Under the pieces are notes generated by a model. It was not told where the DNA came from. It saw only the letters and a list, made by a program, of their open reading frames with translations, and ran no database searches. The position numbers were made by a program, and so were the translations under genes. Positions 9,787-18,767 of a stretch of 64,000 nt of DNA are shown piece after piece. Position 1 is the stretch's first letter. Each line of letters starts with the position of its first letter. The stretch comes from a virus, in IMG/VR virus record IMGVR_UViG_3300020159_001932, positions 68,603 through 132,602 of that record; one strand, given 5' to 3'.

Positions 9787-11517
9787 TTATGCAGGAGGAG
9801 CAGGCGGTGTACTTTCTGGAGCACCTGCTGAATCTGCAGGTTGACCTTCCCCGCCGGCGGGTGGTGGAGGAGGAGCTGTGGAACTTAGAGAACTCATGTC
9901 TCCTGCAATATTATTTGCAGTTATTCCTTCGCCCCTAAGTTCGCTACTGGCGCTTAGGTATTGATCCTCATCAACATTTTCTTCTTTCCATAAGCGTTCG
10001 TTTTCTGCAACTTCTTCTGTGGTCATTCCTAAGAAACGCTTTAATGCAAATCGTTTACTCATAAACGGAACTGCAACCATGGTATTAAATGTGTTTACAC
10101 GAGCTGTATCCATTTCTGCCTGGCGATAACTAGCAAAGTTTTGAGGAGGATTAAATTTAATTTCAAAAACATTACTGTCTACGTTAATGCCTTGTGTGTG
10201 TAGATACAGTTTAAATTCTGTATCAAACGGATCGTTCAGTAAACTTTGTAGTCGTTCGCAGTATTTGTTAAATCTAAGTTCTTGGATGAATGCTGTTCCA
10301 ACTCGACCATCATTGAAGTTAGATCCTCCGTCGTCGGAACCAGTAGGTAGATAACTGCTAGGTATGCGTAGAGCCCTAAACAACTTATTAGTAAAATATC
10401 TAAGATCATCAATTTCTCCCAAGTTTTGACCACCTTGTAGGATCTCAACTTTAGATCCTCGGCCTTCTGCTGTCTGTGGGAAGAAGTAATCTTCATTGAT
10501 ACTTAATGGGTTATATGCAGCATCAACTACACTTTGAGCACCACCTGTTACACTAGGAATACGGCGCTGATTTACTTCATTTTTAACACGCTCAACGAAA
10601 CTCATAGCCAAGTGACTTGGCATATTACCAACGTCAATATAAAACACTCTGCGCTCTGGAGCACGTTGAATACGGTAAATTAAGATAGCATCTTCAAGCA
10701 ATTCTTTTTGTTTGAATACTTTAAAGATACTTTCCATTAAACTATTACCAAATGGGTAATTGTTATCTAATCCTTCACTCATTGAGATATGAATTACATG
10801 GCGAGCATCGATGGCATATTGATTTTGATTTTGTGTAAACCTACTGCTATTTGCAGTTGTAGGAAACGAACCAACCATGCCACGTGATCCGCCTGCACCA
10901 CCTTGGCCAGTACCATAACTGCCACCAAATTGACTGCCACCACCGTGCTGATTACTAGGTTGAATAGCTGTAGTTGCCAGCGTTTCTAAATTAGGATTAA
11001 AATCTCTAATGTGGTATTGTTCAGGTTTTTTGCCTTCACTTTCGTTGACAATAATTTTATCAACTTTAGCCGGATCTATATACATCCAAGCCTGTGTTTC
11101 TGGATCTCTTACAAAGAAACTATCGCCATACTTAAAAGCATTACGAACAATTTTAAACATACGAATTTTAAATTTGTTCAACTTGGTCCATTGCTGGAGA
11201 TATTTTTTAATAATTTTAATTTCAGTACTGGTTGCTTGATCTTTAAAAAATACCTGGAATGGTGTTCCATTTTCTTCGTTGGCCTGTGTACAAAATTCTG
11301 CTAGGATATCAAATGCGGCATTTACTTCACTGTCAGTATCCATGGTGTCATATTGACCATATCGTTCTAAACGATTAGGATGACCAGCATATATGTCTGG
11401 TAGATAACTGCTATAGTTTGTACGACTTGGGTTTGAACCCATAGATGTACTACTGCCACTAACAGGGCTTAATTTTCCCGAAGTGTTAACTGGAGTAAAG
11501 TATTTTTTCCAAGACAT
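9787..11517 (-). CDS. gp20: Portal vertex protein (gp20-like)
   Basis: LEDAILIYRIQRAPERRVFYIDVGNMP, EDYFFP, GGQNLGEIDDLRYF and ELRFNKYCERLQ motifs. Confidence 0.96.
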   Translation of the reverse strand: MSWKKYFTPVNTSGKLSPVSGSSTSMGSNPSRTNYSSYLPDIYAGHPNRLERYGQYDTMDTDSEVNAAFDILAEFCTQANEENGTPFQVFFKDQATSTEIKIIKKYLQQWTKLNKFKIRMFKIVRNAFKYGDSFFVRDPETQAWMYIDPAKVDKIIVNESEGKKPEQYHIRDFNPNLETLATTAIQPSNQHGGGSQFGGSYGTGQGGAGGSRGMVGSFPTTANSSRFTQNQNQYAIDARHVIHISMSEGLDNNYPFGNSLMESIFKVFKQKELLEDAILIYRIQRAPERRVFYIDVGNMPSHLAMSFVERVKNEVNQRRIPSVTGGAQSVVDAAYNPLSINEDYFFPQTAEGRGSKVEILQGGQNLGEIDDLRYFTNKLFRALRIPSSYLPTGSDDGGSNFNDGRVGTAFIQELRFNKYCERLQSLLNDPFDTEFKLYLHTQGINVDSNVFEIKFNPPQNFASYRQAEMDTARVNTFNTMVAVPFMSKRFALKRFLGMTTEEVAENERLWKEENVDEDQYLSASSELRGEGITANNIAGDMSSLSSTAPPPPPAGGEGQPADSAGAPESTPPAPPA

Positions 11518-11528
11518 ATATGTTTATA

Positions 11529-14000
11529 TTAGGCAAATAAATTGCCATTTAATCCTTTAGTAGCATCAATATTTCTCTTAGTATTGTCAGCAGTGTCCTT
11601 CATATACTTAAGAATTTCTTTCATTGTAGTATTTAATGTTGTTAACTCTAAACTACTTTTTTCCTGGCCGCCTGTATTGCTAGAAACTAACCTAGCTGTA
11701 GCCGCTCCTACATCCTTTATTGCCGAGCCAATTCCTTCTAATACACCAGGACCTTTCATTACTTCTTTTAGTCTTTCTGCTTTGGCAATATCAACTGTGT
11801 TTACAGCTTTACCAAATGCTACAATACCATTTGAATAAGAATTTAATGCTGGTCCAATTTGAGCCAACTGAGGTAGTAGCGGACTTAACTCTGTTATAGA
11901 ATCTTTGATTGCAGCAATTGGGCCACCGCCAGAGAAGAAATTAGTAATCTTAGCACCAATTGCTCCTAGACCAGCAACTACACTACCCGCAGTAAATGCT
12001 ACCATAGCTATACCAAGTGCGCCAATGCCGGCAGCTACAGCAATCAAATTGACTCCATCTATGTTTGCAATTTCTGTTAAACCTTTGGCAAATACTGGCA
12101 AACTTAAACCAATTAATGCTATAGCGGCTGCAATGCCTGCACCTAACAAAGCAATTACACCTGCAACTGCGCCTGCGCCGATTAACATAGGAACAGCAAT
12201 AGGTGCAAGACTTGCTAGTCCCCTACCTAATGCTTTGATAAATCCAACAAACCCTCCGCCACCTGCGCCACCTGCAGCGCCACCTGCGCCGCCCAATGGA
12301 CCCATTGGTGGAGTTGGTGCTCCGCCACCACCCATTAATCTTCCAGCACCACCAAGTACCGCACCGGCAGCGCCGCCGACTGCTCCTGCTCCACTTCTTA
12401 ATATTGCCGCAGCATTGGCCATACGCTGTGCCGCAAGCCAGGCTACAAGAGCAACTACAATACCTTTGACAACTGTACCAGCAGTTCCGAATTGTTCAAA
12501 AAATAAATTGAATTTTTTAAGACCTTCTGCAAGGAACCCAGCTAATGATCCCATCCAACTAGCCACTTTGGACACTGCTGTTAATAAAGGACTAAACACA
12601 TTCCATAGTTCTGCGCCAAGTTCTTTAAATCCTCGCATAGCTTCACTCATGTCGTTGGCTTCTGACTCTTCACGTGCTTTGCGCTTTTCTTCAATAGCAG
12701 CCCTTTGTTTTTCAACATCCTCCATGGTTTCAATACCTTGCTGTGCATTTCTATTTGCTGTTCCAAAAATTGCACCCATGGTACCACTGAATGAACCGCC
12801 CTGCATAATAAGAGCTTTACCAGTATCACCTAAATCTTTCTTTGTTTGGTTTGCAGCTAGTCCTAGTTCGCCACCAGCACGTTTAACATCTGCAACACCT
12901 TTACTAGCATCACCAACTGCATCAGCCATCTTTCTATTAGCAGCAGCCATCTTTGGTGCTACTGCTTCAAACTCTTGTGCGGCCTTGGTAATAGGTGGCA
13001 ATCCTAACAAGCGACTCTGCAATGCTTCTGTTGCACCTTTACCGCCTTTGGCCATAGCTTCTGCCATGGCTATTTGTGCTTTTTCCCTGCCTTTTTCATC
13101 TAAGGTTAATAGATAAGCCTGATAGGCTTGGTTAGCACTAGCTTCTTTAAGTGCTTGTTCTTGTTGTTCTCTGCTCTTTCCTGTTATTTGTGCAAGTTCG
13201 TCTAACTCGTTTAGATAATTTCCTGCGGCAGCACTCAATGCCTTGGTATCTTTCATTTCCTGTGCATTACGTCCACCAGTCATTGCAATATAATTTGCAA
13301 GTCCGCTGTTGACATCTGCCGTGGTATAACCTAGCGCCATTAGTTCTTTACCAACTGGACTTTGAATTAATTCTTTGCCTACCGCACTAAATGCTCGAGC
13401 ACCTTCGTCTGCGGTTCCGCCCATTTTGGCAAATGCCTCACCATTATCTTTCATCACCTTAGAAAATTCTTCTAAAGTAAGATAACTGTTGGCAGCTGCC
13501 ATTCTCATCTGTGTAAGACTACCACTAAAGTTAATACCAGATGCTGATAACTTTTGATATATAGCAAAATTTTCTTCCTGGAATGCCATTAATCTAGACA
13601 TTCCAGAAATTAATATTCCTACAGTTCCACTAAACTGTTGACCAATTCCTGCTAAAAGAGCACTCGATGTTTGGGTGCCATTCATCAAACTTAGAATACT
13701 TTGATTTAATAAATTAAATCTGTTTTGTGTAGCTTGGGCCGACTGAAGTATTTGTTCTCTAGCACGATCGCGAGCTTCTCGTTCGCGTTGTATTGCAGCA
13801 GTATCTTCTTCAACTGCGGCAGTAGCGGCAGCAATAGTTGCAGGATCAACACCAGCAGCCCCAGCAATACCGGCAGCGCCAGAGACAGATCCGCCATTAG
13901 CTTTTACAGCTTCTAATAATTTTAAGAGCGTGGCTTCGCTGGCGGCGTTGTTTAATAAAACATTTTCCGAACCAATTTGTCCTGTTACTTGTTCTGCCAT
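11529..14000 (-). CDS. Probable tail tape measure protein
   Basis: 823 aa, Ala/Gly-rich and helical, with a long hydrophobic stretch in the C-terminal third; adjacent to the gp26/gp51-like pair. Confidence 0.7.
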   Translation of the reverse strand: MAEQVTGQIGSENVLLNNAASEATLLKLLEAVKANGGSVSGAAGIAGAAGVDPATIAAATAAVEEDTAAIQREREARDRAREQILQSAQATQNRFNLLNQSILSLMNGTQTSSALLAGIGQQFSGTVGILISGMSRLMAFQEENFAIYQKLSASGINFSGSLTQMRMAAANSYLTLEEFSKVMKDNGEAFAKMGGTADEGARAFSAVGKELIQSPVGKELMALGYTTADVNSGLANYIAMTGGRNAQEMKDTKALSAAAGNYLNELDELAQITGKSREQQEQALKEASANQAYQAYLLTLDEKGREKAQIAMAEAMAKGGKGATEALQSRLLGLPPITKAAQEFEAVAPKMAAANRKMADAVGDASKGVADVKRAGGELGLAANQTKKDLGDTGKALIMQGGSFSGTMGAIFGTANRNAQQGIETMEDVEKQRAAIEEKRKAREESEANDMSEAMRGFKELGAELWNVFSPLLTAVSKVASWMGSLAGFLAEGLKKFNLFFEQFGTAGTVVKGIVVALVAWLAAQRMANAAAILRSGAGAVGGAAGAVLGGAGRLMGGGGAPTPPMGPLGGAGGAAGGAGGGGFVGFIKALGRGLASLAPIAVPMLIGAGAVAGVIALLGAGIAAAIALIGLSLPVFAKGLTEIANIDGVNLIAVAAGIGALGIAMVAFTAGSVVAGLGAIGAKITNFFSGGGPIAAIKDSITELSPLLPQLAQIGPALNSYSNGIVAFGKAVNTVDIAKAERLKEVMKGPGVLEGIGSAIKDVGAATARLVSSNTGGQEKSSLELTTLNTTMKEILKYMKDTADNTKRNIDATKGLNGNLFA

Positions 14001-14024
14001 TGTTTTCCCATGGTTCTATGCGTA

Positions 14025-14069
14025 TATAAATACTCTAAAGAAGATTGTCCAACATCTTTAAGTTATTTA
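14025..14069. promoter_or_regulatory. Face-to-face pair of T4-type late promoters
   Basis: TATAAATA on + at 14025-14032 and TAAATA on - at 14064-14069, between divergent genes. Confidence 0.65.
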
Positions 14070-14085
14070 TCGGAGATAAAACTAT

Positions 14086-14943
14086 ATGAATTCAAGTCCA
14101 AATCCACTGAGCATGTTTATGCGGCAGCCAAAAATTTACATTAAACTACCCAGCGGAGGTGAGTTTTGGCCTGATGGTACTTTAGATATTCCTGAAAATG
14201 GAGAATTTCCTGTTTATTCAATGACGGCAAAAGACGAACTAATGCTGAAAGTTCCAGATGCGTTAATGAACGGACAGGCCATAGTTGATGTAATTCAGCA
14301 TTGTGTACCAAATATTAAAAACGCATGGGCAACTCCTACTATTGATTTAGACGTGATACTAATTGCAATTAGATTGGCTACCTATGGCGAAATGATGACT
14401 ACTCCTGTTAAATTTACCGATACCTTAGAATTAGAATATCAACTTGATCTTCGAATCGTAATGGATCAACTTATGTCTCAGATTGGGTGGGATCCGGTTG
14501 TGCCTGTTAACGACCATTTAACAATTTTTGTTAGGCCGTTAACATACAAACAACTTAGTTTTGCAGCATTACAGACATTTGAAACTCAAAAAATTATGCA
14601 GGTTGTTAACGACGAAAAAACATCCGAAGAACAAAAAATAAAATTATTCAAAGAAAGTTTTAAGAAATTATCCGATGCAACATTGGGTACCATTGGAGAC
14701 AGTATATCTAGTATTGAAAGCGTTGGCGGTAGTACAGACAATCCTGAACATATCAAAGAGTTTGTAGAAAACATTGACAAAGAAATCTTTAATAAAGTAC
14801 AAAAACATTTAGAAATGTTACGAGATAGAAATACTGTAAAACCAATGATTATACAAGTAACTGATGAAATGCGTGAGCAAGGAGTAACAGGAGATACTGT
14901 TGAAGTTCCTATTACATTCGATCCATCAACTTTTTTCGTATAA
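14086..14943 (+). CDS. gp26: Baseplate hub assembly protein (T4 gp26-like)
   Basis: PKIYIKLPSGG, MTAKDEL.L and DLDVILIAIRLATYGE motifs; ends in TFFV. Confidence 0.8.
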   Translation: MNSSPNPLSMFMRQPKIYIKLPSGGEFWPDGTLDIPENGEFPVYSMTAKDELMLKVPDALMNGQAIVDVIQHCVPNIKNAWATPTIDLDVILIAIRLATYGEMMTTPVKFTDTLELEYQLDLRIVMDQLMSQIGWDPVVPVNDHLTIFVRPLTYKQLSFAALQTFETQKIMQVVNDEKTSEEQKIKLFKESFKKLSDATLGTIGDSISSIESVGGSTDNPEHIKEFVENIDKEIFNKVQKHLEMLRDRNTVKPMIIQVTDEMREQGVTGDTVEVPITFDPSTFFV

Positions 14944-14948
14944 GGCTT

Positions 14949-15164
14949 TTGACACTAGACATTGAAGGCATCAATGCTTTAGTTTCAGATTACGATCAAG
15001 AGTCAAAAGCCTTAAAAGATGAAATTTTTAAAATTTGTTGGTATATGAGAGGTACCCCTATTTCAGAAGGGTACTTACTTTCTTTTGAAGATAGACAGAT
15101 TATTGCAAAAATTATTGAAAAGAATTTAGAAATAACAAAAGAAAGTGGATTACCGTTCTTTTAA
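14949..15164 (+). CDS. gp51-like small hub assembly protein, possibly made only as a -1 frameshift extension of gp26
   Basis: 71-aa ORF with a TTG start and no well-spaced RBS, in the -1 frame relative to gp26 and open back through the slippery site at 14931. Confidence 0.6.
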   Translation: MTLDIEGINALVSDYDQESKALKDEIFKICWYMRGTPISEGYLLSFEDRQIIAKIIEKNLEITKESGLPFF

Positions 15165-15991
15165 ATTATCATTCCTAAAAACCGACTTTCAAATCTAACA
15201 ATCTTGCCTTCGTTAGTGCCAGTTGCCATTCTTTCATTATCAGCATCCAACTCGGCTTGAGTAGGTGCCGCCGGAGCTGCATTTGGATTACCAGGTTTGG
15301 CTTTGTTTGTTTTACTTACAGGAGCATTGGCCATTGTATTAGGTTTATTGCCGCTTAGTTGATTGGCCATATTAGCCATTGCTCCACTATCTGCTGTTCC
15401 TGCTGCTGGTGCTTGACCTGCCGGTGTCGCTGGCTGTTTTTCTGCGGTCTTTTTAGCAATTGTAGCATCAACTGTTTTCTTAACACTCTGTAAATCTCGT
15501 GTTCTTAATGCAGGAATAAGTTTGTTAATTTGTCCTACTCCAACTTTACTTGCTTGATCAGCAGCCGGTGTTGCCGGTGGCTCGCTACCAGCAGGCGCTG
15601 GTGCTCCGCCAGTTGTTGGTGCTGGTGTTGTCGTTCCACTAGCTGTCGGTGCTGCGGCTGTTGGTGCTGCGGCTGTTGGTGCTGCGCCAGACGTTGGTGC
15701 CGGTGCACCTCCGCCTATACTTGCAGGATCTGTTAATGATGGTGTACTTGCAGTTCCGCTAGGTGTAGGTGCAGGAGTAGTTGTTCCTCCGCTGGCATCC
15801 GTTGATGGAACGTCGTCACCGGCGACTGTAGCTTTTCCGGCGGCAAACCCTTTTTTCATTCTTTCCCAGGCACCAGGAATTGCTCCAGCAACTGCGCCAA
15901 CACCTTGGGCAACTGCGCCAACTCCCTTTCCAAGGAAAGAACCTACGCCTTCGTTATTTTGCTCTTCCGCAAGTAATTCATTAATCTTCAT
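15161..15991 (-). CDS. Pro/Ala/Thr-rich putative internal head protein
   Basis: 276 aa with an MKINELLAEE leader; shares the KVGVGQINK.IP.LR.RDL.SV.K.VDAT block with the neighbouring 760-aa protein. Confidence 0.6.
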   Translation of the reverse strand: MKINELLAEEQNNEGVGSFLGKGVGAVAQGVGAVAGAIPGAWERMKKGFAAGKATVAGDDVPSTDASGGTTTPAPTPSGTASTPSLTDPASIGGGAPAPTSGAAPTAAAPTAAAPTASGTTTPAPTTGGAPAPAGSEPPATPAADQASKVGVGQINKLIPALRTRDLQSVKKTVDATIAKKTAEKQPATPAGQAPAAGTADSGAMANMANQLSGNKPNTMANAPVSKTNKAKPGNPNAAPAAPTQAELDADNERMATGTNEGKIVRFESRFLGMII

Positions 15992-16014
15992 TTTAGATAA
16001 TTCCTTATTATATA

Positions 16015-18297
16015 TTAAATTTCTTTTCCTAAAAACTTGCTGTAAAAGCCTTGATATTTACCTTCAGCAGTCGGCTGTTTTCCAGATTGCCGTTTTGACA
16101 ACGTTGCGTCGACATTTTTTTGCACACTTTTAAGATCTCTAACTCTTAGTGTCGGAATAACTTTATTAATTTGTCCTACTCCAACTTTACTTTGCTTTTC
16201 TGCTTCTGGAGTTGGTGGAGGTTCTGCTCCAGGCGGTGCAGTTGTTCCACCAGGTGTAGGTGTCTCACCAGGTGCAGGTGCAGTTGTTCCACCAGGTGCA
16301 GGTGTAGGTGTCTCACCAGGCGCTGGTAGTTTTAAATCTGCAAAGACTTTAGTTACTGTTTCTGCAGGAACTCCTGCACTTTGTAGCACTTTAGCAACTT
16401 CCTCGCTGTCTGTTGGGCTACCGGCTGCTGTCCATGCTTTGTTTAATGCATCAGCTGTAACTCCTCCTGCGGCTGCAGGAGCGGCATCTTTCTTTCCTCC
16501 CATCATTCCTTTGAGAGAATCCATAATGCCTTCTTTAACAGTAGGTTTTAAGACTAGACCGTGTACACGTTGTCCTTTTGATTCTTGCACTAACCACTTA
16601 TGTAGCGTTGCTTGCTTGTCAACATACTTAGACTCTGCAAAACTTTCTTTTAGTCCACGAGTATTTGCAGGTTTGTTTGCCCAGTATTGTTTAGCATTTT
16701 CTGCACCTTGGGCCGCATCTGCCGCTTGCTGTTGCTGTCTTGCTGTAACAGCAGCCTGTTGATCTGGAGTCATTTGGTCCCAAGACGGTGCAGGCTCAAA
16801 TGGCTTGCCAGTTAATCGGTTAATGCCAGGTGGTGTTTCACCTGGCATTCTTCCAGTTGCAGGTTCATCCATTGGCACAGCTCGCATTGGTTGTCCATTT
16901 GGTCCAATTGGTGCAATACCTGCATCAAAGTTTTTACCTATAGTAGGTTCATCCATTGGCACAGCTCGCATTGGTTGTCCATTTGGTCCAATTGGTGCGA
17001 TACTTGGATCTAATGCCCCAACTCCGGACATTCCTCCAGGTACATCTACTGGCTGGCCGCGTACTTTAATAGTTGGCTGCTCTATAGGATTGTTGCCGCC
17101 TGACATATCAGTTGCATTACCTGCACGTAGCGCATCTTTAGCAGCATTGATTTGATCAAGCGTCATTGGGCTACCGTCTGGGTTTGTGTTGGCCTTCATT
17201 GAATCCCAACCTGAGTTTCCTCGTTTAGATCCACTGTCGCCTGGTGTTAAAGGTTCTCCATCTACACCGGTTGTTGCGCCCATTGAAACAGGCCCTTTCA
17301 TATTTGCTTGATTGCTGATACCGGTTTGGCCTGTTATTGCGTGAGCCATTTCTCTGTCAACAGTGTAAGTTGATCCATCGGGTTTGGTAATTGTAACTTG
17401 TCCCCCAGGACCTTTACTAGAATCCATACTGGTAATAGTACCTTCACCGTTTGGCAATTCTTGGCCAACAGTTAAACTTGCACCAGCAAAATCGCTAGGA
17501 GTGTTTATTATCTTACTTTTTCCGTCGGTGCCAGGTGTGCTGCCGGGTGTTTGATTTGTATCATTGCTGCTGCCTGATGTCATTGCACTAACTGCTGTAG
17601 TGGCCAAGTTACCAATAACTGCGCTAGCGCCACCTAACAATGCTGGTTTAATAGCGCCCTTAAATGCCGTTTTCCAATCTTTACCTTGTAGTTTAGCACT
17701 GGCTACAGCTACAGCACCTGCAACTACTGCACCTGTAATTGCACTAGCAACTGCGCCGCCGCCGGGAATCATACTAATAATAGGACCAACCTTGCTGATC
17801 AATCCGCCAATACCTGCGCCAACTGCCGCAAGAATTAATTGTTGTGTTTCAGGTTTCTTAATACCAGATTTAACCCATTGCATTAAACTTTGTTTTGTAG
17901 AACTATCTACACCGGGTAAATTTTGAACTGCTGATGCTGCCTTTTCTTCAAATCCCTGGACTGCACCTGCATCTGGTGCAGGCAAACTTTTTTCCAAATT
18001 TGCTGCTTGATCAGCAGGTAATACTTTATCAACAACCTTTGCAAGCATTCCAGGATCTTTTGGTGCAGTACCAGCACCAGAACCTGCTGCCTGTTTAAAG
18101 ATATTTTGTATTTGATCAGGTGCTAGTGCAACTTCTGCAATATATCTTTCATATCCTCTTATAAAGCCCTCATCTAATTTCTTCCAATGAGGTTGCATTT
18201 CAGGAGTTGAATATAAATTTTCAGATAGGTATTGTTTAATGATTAACTGATCATTCTCGATAATGTCTACTCGATTCAATAAGGTTCTTAGATCCAT
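16015..18297 (-). CDS. Putative internal head / ejection protein with a hydrophobic Gly-rich segment
   Basis: 760 aa, late promoter at 18322-18329, hydrophobic LILAAVGAGIGG...VAVASA region, internal duplication. Confidence 0.6.
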   Translation of the reverse strand: MDLRTLLNRVDIIENDQLIIKQYLSENLYSTPEMQPHWKKLDEGFIRGYERYIAEVALAPDQIQNIFKQAAGSGAGTAPKDPGMLAKVVDKVLPADQAANLEKSLPAPDAGAVQGFEEKAASAVQNLPGVDSSTKQSLMQWVKSGIKKPETQQLILAAVGAGIGGLISKVGPIISMIPGGGAVASAITGAVVAGAVAVASAKLQGKDWKTAFKGAIKPALLGGASAVIGNLATTAVSAMTSGSSNDTNQTPGSTPGTDGKSKIINTPSDFAGASLTVGQELPNGEGTITSMDSSKGPGGQVTITKPDGSTYTVDREMAHAITGQTGISNQANMKGPVSMGATTGVDGEPLTPGDSGSKRGNSGWDSMKANTNPDGSPMTLDQINAAKDALRAGNATDMSGGNNPIEQPTIKVRGQPVDVPGGMSGVGALDPSIAPIGPNGQPMRAVPMDEPTIGKNFDAGIAPIGPNGQPMRAVPMDEPATGRMPGETPPGINRLTGKPFEPAPSWDQMTPDQQAAVTARQQQQAADAAQGAENAKQYWANKPANTRGLKESFAESKYVDKQATLHKWLVQESKGQRVHGLVLKPTVKEGIMDSLKGMMGGKKDAAPAAAGGVTADALNKAWTAAGSPTDSEEVAKVLQSAGVPAETVTKVFADLKLPAPGETPTPAPGGTTAPAPGETPTPGGTTAPPGAEPPPTPEAEKQSKVGVGQINKVIPTLRVRDLKSVQKNVDATLSKRQSGKQPTAEGKYQGFYSKFLGKEI
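16861..16998. repeat. Exact 54-nt direct repeat, 84 nt apart, in frame
   Basis: 16861-16914 equals 16945-16998 and encodes APIGPNGQPMRAVPMDEP twice. Confidence 0.9.
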
Positions 18298-18321
18298 GGT
18301 GTATTCCAGAAAAGTATCTGT

Positions 18322-18329
18322 TATTTATA
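18322..18329 (-). promoter_or_regulatory. T4-type late promoter TATAAATA
   Basis: Exact consensus about 25 nt upstream of the 760-aa gene. Confidence 0.75.
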
Positions 18330-18767
18330 AACGAACTGCGTTCGTTTGCTCTTTCGCTTACGCTCAGAGCATTTTTAACATCGTAGATGTTTAAATATTA
18401 TCCAGATTCTATGGTCACACTTAGCCCGTTTCCGGGCTAAAAAAATAACATTATCCGAGTTCGACAAGTCACACAGCGTTATGGCATTACAGAGGCGGTC
18501 ATCCGGTACCCCGAGCCAAGTCTTTATTATGACGGCAGCTTATGTATATACGCTATCACATACATAAACCCGCAGGTTTTCCCTGCTCTTTTTGCCTATA
18601 TCTACTCTATTCAAACAATCAAACCGCAGGCATTTTGCGATCGTGGTCCTGTAAAGGATACTGATTGAGTACTCTTGACGGCGAGAGATTTCCTTCCCAG
18701 CGATCCGAGATCCTGGTTTCTGGGCACTAGATGTTTGCCAGTGCGAGCTTTTTACCGTTTAAGGAGC
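18329..18767 (-). ncRNA. Candidate large structured non-coding RNA (alternative: replication origin)
   Basis: About 440 nt with no ORF of 60 aa or more and at least nine hairpins. GNRA loops and most G-U wobbles read correctly on the minus strand. Confidence 0.55.

Noticed and set aside
11905-13116. 403-aa plus-strand ORF
   Set aside because: Antisense shadow of the Ala/Gly-rich tape measure gene, with no RBS or recognisable motifs. The same applies to most short overlapping ORFs in the track.
15643-15687. 15-nt tandem repeat, plus similar repeats at 16241-16322
   Set aside because: They encode Pro/Thr/Ala linkers (PTAAA, PGETPTP) and are ordinary low-complexity coding sequence.
18397-18474. 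CRISPR array
   Set aside because: Only two gapped units, no identical repeat-spacer periodicity, and no cas genes in the window.
18590-18700. Group I intron or RNase P identity for the non-coding element (AGAUAUAGGC resembles the S element; GGAAGGAAAUCUC resembles P4)
   Set aside because: It does not interrupt a gene, no convincing P4-P6 or bulged G-binding site could be built, and the 3' RNase P consensus was not found. Cannot be fully excluded without cmscan.
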